Below, piece after piece: positions 36,701-45,492 of a DNA stretch of 62,453 bases. This DNA comes from Candidatus Zipacnadia bacterium. GTDB lineage: Bacteria > Armatimonadota > Zipacnadia > Zipacnadales > Zipacnadaceae. The position numbers and the translations under genes were made by a program. The DNA is taken from NCBI GenBank assembly GCA_029821195.1, contig JALGTU010000002.1, positions 1 to 62,453 on the forward strand. The letters are read 5' to 3'. Positions within the stretch are counted from its first letter, which is position 1. Each line of letters opens with the position of its first letter. Under the pieces are notes generated by a model. It searched no databases. It was not told where the DNA came from and saw nothing but the letters and a program-made list of their open reading frames with translations.

Positions 36701-39700
36701 TCCATGACACACTCAACATTGTCTACAAATACGTTCACGAACTTCGCCGGATTGCCGGTCGTGCCCGCGTAGGTGTCAGTATCGGTATATACCACGTAGT
36801 AGCGATACGAGCGGTCAGAGAAGCCGCTGCGCGGCACCAGTTCCGCCGAGGCGGTGAACGAAGCGCCCACGTATGCACTTAAGTCGAGAGTTTGATCGGA
36901 CAATTGGATGGTGTTGGTGTCCGGATCATGAGCGGCGACCATATAGCCGCCACCGGGACTGTCGGTGGCGAAGTTATGCCCCGGTATCGGCGGGGTTGCT
37001 GCGATATAGACAGCCACCACCGGGTCGCCATCGAGGAGATTGGTGGCCAGGCTATCGTCGTAGGTGAATATGTAGGGGTTAGCCGGGTCAACAGTAGCGA
37101 TGGTGAGGCCGTTACCGACCATGAACCCGAGCAGAGGCGGGGCATTGGGGGCGACATCGGGGCCGTCGGCCGCGGTAGCGGTGTGGTTATAGGGCCCAAA
37201 GAACTGGGTGGCATCACCGTTGTTATACCACGCCGCGCCGTCCCAGGCCTGTGCCTTGAAGCTGTGATTGCCCTCAGCCAGGTATACGGGATTGCTGGTG
37301 CGATAGAGCACGCCGTCGGCGTAGGTGTTGTCCTCGGTATAGACTTTGGTCATCTCGTAGGTCTGAGCCGCATCGTCGTCAACGCGCACGCGGATGGCCG
37401 AGGGCGGGTTATTCTCGGCATCCGTGTACAGTACGAAGAGGTAGAACTGTGTGGCCGGCGTGCCGTCGTAGTCGGCCGCGGTCCCTGGGTTGGTGTCGTA
37501 ACCCCAGGACAAGAAGCCGTCGTCGCGGCCCTCGTAGATGCGGAAGGTGTTGCCAGCCTGCACATTAGTCAGCGGACTGGCCACCGTTATCGAGGTAGCT
37601 GTACTGGCGGTTATTTCAAAGACGCTGAACTGGGCGAAGCCGCTGAGGATCTCCAGATACTTGCCGGCCAGGACGTCGTCCGGGGCATAGCCGGGTAAAT
37701 CGCCGGGCCGGTCGTATTCGAGAGTGGTACTATCCGGAACGCTTGTGACGATGTCAGGTTGCGGCGGGGCGAAATAATAGCCACTCAGTATCGGCGCAGT
37801 CTCCTCGAGGACCTCCGGCCCTTCATAGTAGCCTTGGGCGGGTAGCCGCCGCATTTCCCCTTCGACCTTCTGGTCAATCGGGTCGGCATCTGAGGTCATA
37901 AAGTACTGCTGCCAGTTAATCCAGTAGGCCCAGTTATCCCAGAATTCGAAGTAGTAGTGGTGGGTGCCCGGGTCGAGCTCGACGCCCGCGCGCGCGGTGC
38001 TGAAGGTGTAGCGCACCCCGTCGCGGTAGTTAATGTCCAATGGGTCAACCGCATTCATTGTAACCGCGAACCAGTCGGTGATATTGAACAGGTCGCCGAT
38101 AGCTATGCCGCTGCCACTCATATCGGTGGCGGTAATGGTTGAGCCAGTATTGGCGGTGATAACGAACTCATTGCCAGCCTCGGCGCCGGTCTGCATTCTG
38201 ATCTTGTTACCGACCAGCGAGTCGTCGGCGTACAGCGTGCCCGGCACACTGTAACTGATCTGATCGCCACCGGGCAGCCCCGTGACCGCCGCCTGCCCCT
38301 CAACATCGCCAAACAGATCAATCCAGAGGATGCTCTTAAACGGCGGGTCGCCCATCCGGTCGGCATTGAGCACCTCGCCGTCCTGGTCAGCGTAGGTTAC
38401 TTCCCAGACGAAGTCGCCGCGCTGGGGCCCGGAGACGGGCACCAGGCTCCGGTCACTTAGCGTCGGACGGTTGTTAACCCGGAACCAGTAGTAATCGTTG
38501 TCGCCCGGGGCCACACCGATCTGCCCGAAATCGTCGCTGGGCCGGTTCGGGTAGATAGCGCTGTGCATGCCATCGCCAGCCCGGAAGTAATACTGGTAGT
38601 CGCCAGCGTTGCCGCCGCCCGGTAACTGGACGGCATTGGCCTCGTGGTAGTAGACACAACCGTCGGTGTAGGTCGAATCGGTGGGATACACCTTGTTCAT
38701 CGCGTAACCGATCCACGAGGTAAGCGGGGCGCCGTCTTCGTCCACTTTGCGGATCAACACCTGGACGAACTCGGGCGCCAGGTTCTCCGACTGCCAGTAG
38801 TTAATACGGAAGACGAAGTTAGTCTCGGTCGTCCACTTGCCGCCGCGGAAGTCCGAAGGCTGGCTCAGATCCGGGTCGTAGGTGCCCAGATCGCCCCAGA
38901 TGTTGACGTAATTGGGCCAGATCGTATCCTGGTTAGTAAAGCGCAGGGGCGAGTAATCACCTACGGCATACCCACCGCCGACACCGCTAGCAGTCGGGCC
39001 AACCACATCTTGCCACGGCTCAGTACCCGGCGCCAGGCTGCTGGGCAGAGGATTGAACTGGTTATCCAGCGCACCCAATATATTCGGGCCGATGTACATA
39101 AGCTCTTGCCAGGGCGTGGGGAAACCTCGCTCAGGATCGCTCAATACCCTCGACTCAAAGTACGGATGGGCGGTCAGAACCGGGTCAACCTTGGGGTACT
39201 GGGTGTCGGACTGGCTGTCGTAGGGGTAGCCGTACCCACCCGATGCCGAATCGGTATACCAGGTATCAATATGCTCAGGGTAGACGTTGCCATACTCGTT
39301 AACCAGGTGGATGACTTCAAGCGAGTTGCCCGGCCGTCCCCGCAAGACCACGGCGCAGGGACCGATCTTTCGGCCGGCGCCATAGTCGTCAATAATCGCC
39401 TTAACCGGTGGATCAAAGTCGCGGGTGGTCAGGAATTCGTAGCGATGTCCACCGGGCTGCATCGTGACGTATGCATTAGAGGTCGGCATCCCGGTGCGAC
39501 CGGTAATAGCGGTATCCCACTTGTCAGTGCCTGGCGGATCATATTGAAGCGTGAAGATATTATTCAAAAGCTGCAGGTAGTTGGTAGGCCGCAGCAGATA
39601 CTTGTAGACTATGCCGCTGGGGCCCGAGCCACTTTCCCGATCCATAAACAAAGGTTCATTGTAAACGCGATCAATGATCAGGATAGCCTGGGGTTGGTCG

Positions 39701-40701
39701 TCACCTGGATAGAGCACCGGTGCATCGCCGGTGTGATCGTAGCGATGATCGTCTAATTCCCAATACATCCAGTCATCCCACGAGTTGTCGCGGTAGACCC
39801 TTTTGCGGAAGTGGTCAACGTCGGTCCCGTTTGATTGAATGGCGCGGTAGGCAAAGTAGTCAAAATCCACCCGATGATAGCTGCTGCCCGCCCAGTGCTT
39901 GCCACGCCACTGACAGGTGATCTCGGGCCAGCCCCAATCGCCAGTGAAGTACTTGATGCGGAAGGTATAGAGGTCGCTTCCTGAGCCGTTATCCGGGTCG
40001 GTGGGGCCGCCGGGCACCGAATCTTCGATCATCAGCGGGTCTGTGCCGACGGCCTCGCCCGAATACCACGCCTGCATCTCGCCGGAGGTCCAGATCGCGT
40101 CACCGATGTAGCCTTTCTCGGCAGGCGGCGGGGACCCGCCCCGGATTGCCAGCGGCACAGTAATCTGCGTGCCCTTGGCCTCAACAGGATTACCACTGGT
40201 AGGAGGTTTGCCGCTGCTAAGCCAGTATACCGTAAAGGTATAATTGGGGGAACTGGGACTGTGACTGGTCGTCGGAATAGTACCGGCCAGCCACTCGCTG
40301 TAATAGTTAGAAAATGGCCCCAGCGTGATGACCATCGTCCGGGTCGCCGGATATTCGATATTACAGCCGAAGTGATAGTCCCGGTCGCTGGGCCGAGCAG
40401 GGTCGCCCTCGAGGCTGAGCAGGTCGCCGCTCAATCCCTGCGCGTAGGTCCAGCCGCTGGGCGCAGCCACGCTGGTGCTGAAACTGGCACCGCCAAAGTA
40501 AACTCGTTCAATGGATTCGCTTGTGCCCCACGTGATGACCGCGCGGAACCAGCGCTGGGAGTTGGCGGTGGCTATAGTCGGCCAACAACTGACACTGACG
40601 GCAGGCGTAGCATGCACTGATGGAGGGCTAATCTGGACGAGAATAGCCGAAAGAACCAGAGCAAGAGCGACTGTGGCAAAAGAGCTGTGCCGTATCCGCA
40701 T
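33745..40701 (-). CDS. Giant secreted multi-domain surface protein with FN3-like and CarboxypepD_reg-like repeats and a FlgD-Ig/T9SS-type C-terminal domain
   Basis: I prefer ATG at 40701, which is preceded by GGAGGGAGAG and gives the signal peptide MRIRHSSFATVALALVLSAILVQISPPSVHA. There are two tandem FN3-like modules (...WYWRVQTVDARDLASDWS..., ...YHWHVRTVNGLQSEWS...). There are three ISGTV/ISGTI...DGTY(T/R) modules. The C-terminal ...ISGRVIKTL...GTHSQAWNLRSNGGTVVPRGMYLVRIEA... is typical of FlgD-like or T9SS sorting domains. Confidence 0.8.
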   Translation of the reverse strand: MRIRHSSFATVALALVLSAILVQISPPSVHATPAVSVSCWPTIATANSQRWFRAVITWGTSESIERVYFGGASFSTSVAAPSGWTYAQGLSGDLLSLEGDPARPSDRDYHFGCNIEYPATRTMVITLGPFSNYYSEWLAGTIPTTSHSPSSPNYTFTVYWLSSGKPPTSGNPVEAKGTQITVPLAIRGGSPPPAEKGYIGDAIWTSGEMQAWYSGEAVGTDPLMIEDSVPGGPTDPDNGSGSDLYTFRIKYFTGDWGWPEITCQWRGKHWAGSSYHRVDFDYFAYRAIQSNGTDVDHFRKRVYRDNSWDDWMYWELDDHRYDHTGDAPVLYPGDDQPQAILIIDRVYNEPLFMDRESGSGPSGIVYKYLLRPTNYLQLLNNIFTLQYDPPGTDKWDTAITGRTGMPTSNAYVTMQPGGHRYEFLTTRDFDPPVKAIIDDYGAGRKIGPCAVVLRGRPGNSLEVIHLVNEYGNVYPEHIDTWYTDSASGGYGYPYDSQSDTQYPKVDPVLTAHPYFESRVLSDPERGFPTPWQELMYIGPNILGALDNQFNPLPSSLAPGTEPWQDVVGPTASGVGGGYAVGDYSPLRFTNQDTIWPNYVNIWGDLGTYDPDLSQPSDFRGGKWTTETNFVFRINYWQSENLAPEFVQVLIRKVDEDGAPLTSWIGYAMNKVYPTDSTYTDGCVYYHEANAVQLPGGGNAGDYQYYFRAGDGMHSAIYPNRPSDDFGQIGVAPGDNDYYWFRVNNRPTLSDRSLVPVSGPQRGDFVWEVTYADQDGEVLNADRMGDPPFKSILWIDLFGDVEGQAAVTGLPGGDQISYSVPGTLYADDSLVGNKIRMQTGAEAGNEFVITANTGSTITATDMSGSGIAIGDLFNITDWFAVTMNAVDPLDINYRDGVRYTFSTARAGVELDPGTHHYYFEFWDNWAYWINWQQYFMTSDADPIDQKVEGEMRRLPAQGYYEGPEVLEETAPILSGYYFAPPQPDIVTSVPDSTTLEYDRPGDLPGYAPDDVLAGKYLEILSGFAQFSVFEITASTATSITVASPLTNVQAGNTFRIYEGRDDGFLSWGYDTNPGTAADYDGTPATQFYLFVLYTDAENNPPSAIRVRVDDDAAQTYEMTKVYTEDNTYADGVLYRTSNPVYLAEGNHSFKAQAWDGAAWYNNGDATQFFGPYNHTATAADGPDVAPNAPPLLGFMVGNGLTIATVDPANPYIFTYDDSLATNLLDGDPVVAVYIAATPPIPGHNFATDSPGGGYMVAAHDPDTNTIQLSDQTLDLSAYVGASFTASAELVPRSGFSDRSYRYYVVYTDTDTYAGTTGNPAKFVNVFVDNVECVMEEYDPTDLDVSDGKVYYYDIPSLSASQSHSYYFIASDGLANVRFPDIADTPNYFSGPTVTVNNPPYAPPYPPADGWSPINGVSVDNQNPTLDWPDGSDPDPWDTANNLTYIVQFSTTDDFATVDYEYDTTDYGGPGITQLDVPDPIPYGWWYWRVQTVDARDLASDWSVVQSFKVDHPPYAPDSGFAPTGTIGTLTPNLQWDPGTDPDADDPPSAMLYHVELDDDPAFASPMISPDLGGPGDPEYGVTGLAVTNFQVDTTLALVPNVAYHWHVRTVNGLQSEWSATQTFTIIIPVFSISGTVYDTDGTTPLEGVTVECYNSLNQKIRADQVTGTDGTYQFTDLPADTYRIAPLFPPFTFTPPDASVVVSSSDVSGQDFTLVAGAYSISGTITVTGGGSAQGFLVTAGIRSDTTNAAGQYMISGLADGTYTVTPSAPAGQYYDFTPADYTVTVSGASVTNRDFTADPKAFTISGTATHYQGALLANIAISAVQVGNPAATSSATTAADGTYTLTNVSAGDWEVTASDPTATYVLVPSSQTVTVPGPGGQNVSDIDFTGYSGERHTYDPAGLYFTGVPVQPIESYAPDVFATTQVWWWDPTQSPPYIGTGHPNRNVLLQVAAGKGFFVYYDNATTLNVAGTAVPTAGAYTVNLGTRWNMVANPFTNNLPMANIAPTVPGTVLPFAYVFRPSDQSYLLVTDRAGINVARSYIEPWEGAWMYAATGTTATIQMTAGTASAQGEMAPRQLDVGESGWVIPVVARVGSRRDVTGAVGVAEGIEPYSIPNPPSVPDSVDLYFIGDDGSQLAQSITPVTGEKLSWDFVVATDIADSDVEVVMPDLSQVPNDLSVTLSDLDGDQTVYMRTAPSYVFRSGAEGGLRHFRLEVGAQQSGGLVITSATAQSSGVGTVITYGVTQACRVSMEIMNISGRVIKTLMAEEAASEGTHSQAWNLRSNGGTVVPRGMYLVRIEAVADNGQRVEGLCPLTISR

Positions 40702-40982
40702 TACTCTCCCTCCTGGAGTTGGAGCGGGTTGGTGCAATCCATACTGCATCTTATGCCGCGTAGCTAACATACAGGGACAGCCGTCCTACCCCGACCACAC
40801 CTCTGGCTTCTGGCACTAAAACTACCTGTCCTCCATACCAGCTACCGTGGTAGTTGCCAGACGCCAAGGCTCATACAAGCAGATTTTACAACAACACGCA
40901 GAAGAAGTCAACCTATTGCATCAATCCAATGCTCATTATTAACAAGCAACAACTCTACCCACTCTGCCCGCTGCGTCCACCG

Positions 40983-41486
40983 CTAATCAACGGTAACCGT
41001 TCTCGGCCAGCCGCCCTCGAGCGCCAGCAGCCGCCGTTTGAGGCGCAGCCCGCCGCCAAAGCCGCCCGGTTTCCCGTCGGCGCGCAGCACTCGGTGGCAG
41101 GGCACGAGCAGGGGAACGGGATTGGCGGCCAGCGCCTGGCCCACTGCGCGGGCCGCGCCGGGCTGGCCCACCCGAGCGGCTAACTGGCCGTAACTCACCG
41201 TGCTACCCCACGGCACTTGGGCGCATGCAGCCAGGACGCGTCGGGTAAAGGCCGGAACTCCTTCAAAATCTAGGGGCACAGTGAAAATGCGCCGCTTCCC
41301 CGCGAGGTATTCCTGGATCTCCAGCGCCGCCTGCTCGGCGATGGCGTCATAATCTCCGTCTGTGCCGCCGATTCGGGCGCAGACAGCTTCCCGCTCAGCC
41401 CCGGGCAACACTACCCGGGCAACTCCCCGCGGGCTGGTCACAACCCCGCACCAGCCCCAATCGGTCTGGAATATCACTTTGGCCAC
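40983..41486 (-). CDS. ogt: Methylated-DNA-protein-cysteine methyltransferase
   Basis: 167 aa with the active-site PCHRV (LLVPCHRVLRADG). Confidence 0.88.
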   Translation of the reverse strand: MAKVIFQTDWGWCGVVTSPRGVARVVLPGAEREAVCARIGGTDGDYDAIAEQAALEIQEYLAGKRRIFTVPLDFEGVPAFTRRVLAACAQVPWGSTVSYGQLAARVGQPGAARAVGQALAANPVPLLVPCHRVLRADGKPGGFGGGLRLKRRLLALEGGWPRTVTVD

Positions 41487-41573
41487 GGTGAGAGTAGAAT
41501 GCTCGTCACAGAGGTATATCGGGCAGTATGCGTACGAGGCAATTATACCCGATGCTGCCTATTTAGGGAACCT

Positions 41574-41601
41574 TTGCTGCCCACCGCGTTTCTGTTATAC
41601 T
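41574..41601 (+). promoter_or_regulatory. Candidate sigma70-type promoter for rodA
   Basis: TTGCTG (41574-41579), a 16-nt spacer, then TATACT (41596-41601), about 19 nt before the GTG start. Confidence 0.3.
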
Positions 41602-41619
41602 AATGCCTGGTGAAGAGCC

Positions 41620-42738
41620 GTGGAGAGACGCTTATATGTCAGAACTGATTTCGTGCTCATGGCTGTCGTGCTGCTGCTGTGTACATACGGGGCGCTGATG
41701 ATATATAGCTGCACGCAGGCGCAACTGGCCGAGGCCCGGGAGTCGCCGGGGCGGATGCTACATCTGCAGCTCACCTGGATTGTACTGGGGCTAATAGTGA
41801 TGCTGGCCGCGATGGCCCTAGACTACGACCGCCTGGCCAGCCTCAGCCCGTTCATATACGGCCTGGCCCTGGCCCTGCTCATGTTGGTGCTCATCGTGGG
41901 GCAGAGCGCTCACGGCAGCGCCCGCTGGCTGGCGTTGGGGCCGATTCGGGCCCAACCGGGCGAACTGGCCAAGCTCGCCGTGATCATTCTGCTGGGCAGC
42001 TACCTGGCCAGCCGAAGCCCTGGCGAGCAGGACAGCTTCCATACGGTAGCACGATCGCTGGCCTATGTGCTGGTGCCGGCGGTAATGATTTTTATTCAGC
42101 CGGACCTGGGCACCCCGTTGGTGCTGATCTTTGTCTGGTTTTTCGTGCTCTTCCTGGCCGGTGCCCGGCTCACTCACCTCAGCGCGTTCGCTTTTGCCTT
42201 CGTGATGTTGTTTGCCACCGCCTGGGGCGCGGATATCATCCGCCCCCACCAAAAGCAGCGCTTGACCGCGTTCCTGGACCCGGATGCTGATCTGCAGCGC
42301 GAAGGCTATCACCTGCACCAGTCGCTGATTGCTATCGGCTCCGGGCACTTCCTGGGCAAGGGCCTCTTCCAGGGCACCCAGAGCCGACTGGCCTTTATTC
42401 CCCACCAAGAAGAGGACTTCATTTTCACCGTGGTCGGCGAAGAATGGGGATTCGTCGGCTCCGTGGCGATGTTGGCCCTACTGGCGATGCTGCTGTGGCG
42501 CGCCCTGCTGATATCCTGGCAGGCGAAAGACACCCTCGGCCGCCTGCTGGCCGCCGGCATCGCGGCGATGTTCCTCATACATATAGCCGCGAATATCGGT
42601 ATGCAACTGGGCATGGCTCCGGTCAAAGGTATGACGCTGCCCTTCGTCAGCTACGGCGGCAGCAGTATGGTGATAAACTTCGCGGCAGTCGGCATTCTAC
42701 AGAGCATTCACATGCGCAGGCGCAAGATCGCCTTCTAA
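41620..42738 (+). CDS. rodA: SEDS-family peptidoglycan glycosyltransferase, RodA-type
   Basis: 372 aa with about 10 TM helices. Motifs are QSLIAIGSGHFLGKGLFQGTQSRLAFIPHQEEDFIF and TLPFVSYGGSSM. The GTQ signature favours RodA over FtsW. Confidence 0.75.
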   Translation: MERRLYVRTDFVLMAVVLLLCTYGALMIYSCTQAQLAEARESPGRMLHLQLTWIVLGLIVMLAAMALDYDRLASLSPFIYGLALALLMLVLIVGQSAHGSARWLALGPIRAQPGELAKLAVIILLGSYLASRSPGEQDSFHTVARSLAYVLVPAVMIFIQPDLGTPLVLIFVWFFVLFLAGARLTHLSAFAFAFVMLFATAWGADIIRPHQKQRLTAFLDPDADLQREGYHLHQSLIAIGSGHFLGKGLFQGTQSRLAFIPHQEEDFIFTVVGEEWGFVGSVAMLALLAMLLWRALLISWQAKDTLGRLLAAGIAAMFLIHIAANIGMQLGMAPVKGMTLPFVSYGGSSMVINFAAVGILQSIHMRRRKIAF

Positions 42739-42744
42739 CCGGCT

Positions 42745-43710
42745 GTGATATTACCGAAAGAAAGAATGACCAAGCATAAGCAGCCAGCAGAACATCTGAT
42801 TGGATGGGACGGCGTCACTGTCCGGGTGCCGGCGGACTGGTCGCTGGCCTCGGTGACGGCTGATGAGAAAGACGGCTACCTGCGCGCCGACGACGAGGAT
42901 ATGCCTCGCCTGGAAATCAAGTGGGCCCGCACGCCCGGATTCGTGAACCTGACCGAGACGGTTGACAAATACCTGGCCACTATTGAGAAACGGGCCCAGC
43001 GGGATAAGCAGGAGCTAACGGTTGACCGCCAGGCCCAGGTCATCAGCAAGCGCAAGATGCACAAAGACAACCTGGAGACTTTTGCGTGGCGGGCCGCTCA
43101 GCAGGCTTACAGCGCCGTCTGGGTCTGTAAGCAGTGCGATCGCACCGTCATTGCCCAGGTTCTCGGCCCACTCGACGACGCTGAGTTGCTGACCACCGCC
43201 CAGCAGGTACTGAGCACGATCAGGGACCACCCGACCGACGGCTGGGTAACCTGGGCCGCGTATGGGTTCGTCTGCCAGATACCCGAGGATTTCACCCTCA
43301 GTACGCAACAGATGTTCCCGGGCCTGATAAAGCTGTCGTTTACCCGCGACAGTGAGACGATAACTGTCGGCCGCTGGGGGATGGCCGAAATACTCCTGCG
43401 CGACCAGAGCCTTGACAAGTGGCTCCAGACGGCGTTGGGCAAGGAGCTTCGCCGCTATCAGCCACAGTCGGAAGAGCAGCAATTCCGAGGCCATTCCGCC
43501 GTTGCTTTCAGTGGCGAGCGGATGGCGCTACTGGCGGGAGTGAAAGGCTTCGTGCGGCATCTCGGGGGCAAACGGTCCGCGGACAGGCTGCTGGGCTACG
43601 CCTGGCATTGCGAGCAGGAGAACAAGATCTTCGTAGTCCACGCGCTGCTGGACCGCGCTAACTATGACCTCGCGGACCAGATTCGCGACCGGGTTGAGTG
43701 CCACAAATGA
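42745..43710 (+). CDS. Hypothetical soluble protein, unknown family
   Basis: 321 aa with one CKQC pair and no motif I recognise. It starts 7 nt after the rodA stop and overlaps the next gene by ATGA (43707-43710). Confidence 0.6.
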   Translation: MILPKERMTKHKQPAEHLIGWDGVTVRVPADWSLASVTADEKDGYLRADDEDMPRLEIKWARTPGFVNLTETVDKYLATIEKRAQRDKQELTVDRQAQVISKRKMHKDNLETFAWRAAQQAYSAVWVCKQCDRTVIAQVLGPLDDAELLTTAQQVLSTIRDHPTDGWVTWAAYGFVCQIPEDFTLSTQQMFPGLIKLSFTRDSETITVGRWGMAEILLRDQSLDKWLQTALGKELRRYQPQSEEQQFRGHSAVAFSGERMALLAGVKGFVRHLGGKRSADRLLGYAWHCEQENKIFVVHALLDRANYDLADQIRDRVECHK

Positions 43711-45452
43711 GCTTGACAATAACCGAACAGCGCACCGTATCCAAAGCTGTTACAAACCGCAGTATCTGGTCGAATGCGCTCACCGCAACGCTCGTGCTAG
43801 TGGTTGCCGCATCCCTGGGCGCAATAACTCCGGGCTATGCCGACCGCACCGAGGCGGTGCAACTGGTCCAGGAGGCCCAGCAGCTCCTCGACGAAGGCAA
43901 GCACCCGGAAGCCCGCAAGAAGCTCGCCGAAGCGCTGCAAGCCGACCCGAGCTACCCCGAGGCCCACGCTAACCTGGGCTACCTGCACGAGGTCAGCGGG
44001 GAGATCGAGGAGGCGCTTGATCGCTACGGGCTGGCGCTGAAACTGGCACCCGATCATACCTACTCGCGCGGGCGGATGCGCCAGTTGTTTTACACGGCTC
44101 GCTTTCCGCGCTGGATAAAACTCGACTATCTCAAATACAGCCCGCTTTCCGTGGTAGTTGACAGGTGCCAGATCAAGCTACCGGCCGACAGCCCGACAGC
44201 ACCCGCACGTCGCTTTGACTTCGCCTATACCACCTCGCTGCTCTTCCCCGAGGAGATGGGGCGCAACGATCCCGCCCTGCGTATACCCATCCCCGCAGCC
44301 GGGCGTGATACCGGCGTCTATGCCATCGTGAACCGGGTGAGCTACGGGATGATCAGACGGCCCAATTCCCCGGTACTGGACCTCCGCTTCGTGGTGCAAT
44401 ATCCCTCCCGCACGATCAGCCAATCGGACCGCGACTATACCCAACTGGCTGCCACCGTCACCCACCTGCTGCTGCGCTTCTCCGGCTACGCAGCAACCTA
44501 CCTGAACCGACCACCCACCGGCGATAATGAGGGGTTGGTGCACGTATATCTATGCGAGTCGGGACCCGCCGGCGCGGAGCAATACGAGAACAACATATAT
44601 CTGTATGATATTGACCTGGCGCGCACTGCGGCGGAATGGACTCGGGAGGTCGCCCACGAGCTGGGCCACTACCTCCTCCCTGCCGTCGGGCAATTCGATG
44701 AGCCTGAGAAACTGGGCAACGGCCTGCTGGGCGAACGGCTCTTCCTGCAGTGGCTGGCGGCGGAGGCCGAACTGGTCAGTGGCGCACCGTGGCCGAGCCA
44801 GGAGACCAGCACGGCGCTGTCCGCCGTGCTCAGCGGTGACGCTCAGAAGGTGGCTGATTACGTCCAGGAACAGTGCCGGCCCGCGCTGGACCTGTGGCTG
44901 CGCGAAGGCCCTGATTCGCCGCTGCTGGGGGCCAAATCCGCGGAGGCCATGGACTATTTCACCGGCTTTTGTCTGTGGGTGCTGGCCGCGCACGGGCCCG
45001 AGGTCCTGGCTGAGGTCTTCGACAATACTCCGGGCGAGAATCCCGTGCCGGTTGACTGTGTTGCGGCTTACCGAGAGATCGTGACCCGCAGCCTGGACGT
45101 GCAACCGTGGCGCGTAAATGCCGGGGCACTCAACCTCGCCGAAAGCCAGCTCTCTCAGCCGGTACGCGAGGGCGCCTTGCGCCGCGAAGAGATAACGATC
45201 TCCCCCGGCGACTTCGTGGTGCTGCCAGTCTATCTGCCAGCCGGCACCTGGCAGGTTAGCGCGCTGGCCTCCCCTTCAGCCGACACTCTCACCCTCGAAC
45301 TAAAGCTCGACCAGGGAACACTGGTCGGCCTCACTCACCTCACCGTCTCGACCGCCGCGCCCGGCTGGCACACCATCCGCATTTCGACAGCCCAAGCCTC
45401 CGAAGCTTTGCGCTTTGAGGGCCTGCAAATAGAACTGTCCCCGCAGGCGTGA
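43707..45452 (+). CDS. Membrane-anchored TPR protein with an HExxH (HELGH) putative zinc-protease motif
   Basis: An N-terminal TM/signal anchor (ALTATLVLVVAASLGAI) is followed by TPR units (PSYPEAHANLGYLHEVSGEIEEALDRYGLALKLAP). The motif EVAHELGHYLL is also present. ATG at 43707 is coupled to the upstream stop. Confidence 0.6.
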   Translation: MSLTITEQRTVSKAVTNRSIWSNALTATLVLVVAASLGAITPGYADRTEAVQLVQEAQQLLDEGKHPEARKKLAEALQADPSYPEAHANLGYLHEVSGEIEEALDRYGLALKLAPDHTYSRGRMRQLFYTARFPRWIKLDYLKYSPLSVVVDRCQIKLPADSPTAPARRFDFAYTTSLLFPEEMGRNDPALRIPIPAAGRDTGVYAIVNRVSYGMIRRPNSPVLDLRFVVQYPSRTISQSDRDYTQLAATVTHLLLRFSGYAATYLNRPPTGDNEGLVHVYLCESGPAGAEQYENNIYLYDIDLARTAAEWTREVAHELGHYLLPAVGQFDEPEKLGNGLLGERLFLQWLAAEAELVSGAPWPSQETSTALSAVLSGDAQKVADYVQEQCRPALDLWLREGPDSPLLGAKSAEAMDYFTGFCLWVLAAHGPEVLAEVFDNTPGENPVPVDCVAAYREIVTRSLDVQPWRVNAGALNLAESQLSQPVREGALRREEITISPGDFVVLPVYLPAGTWQVSALASPSADTLTLELKLDQGTLVGLTHLTVSTAAPGWHTIRISTAQASEALRFEGLQIELSPQA

Positions 45453-45492
45453 AACCTCTGCAGCTCTGAGACTATTCGGTGTGGTTCCGGGG

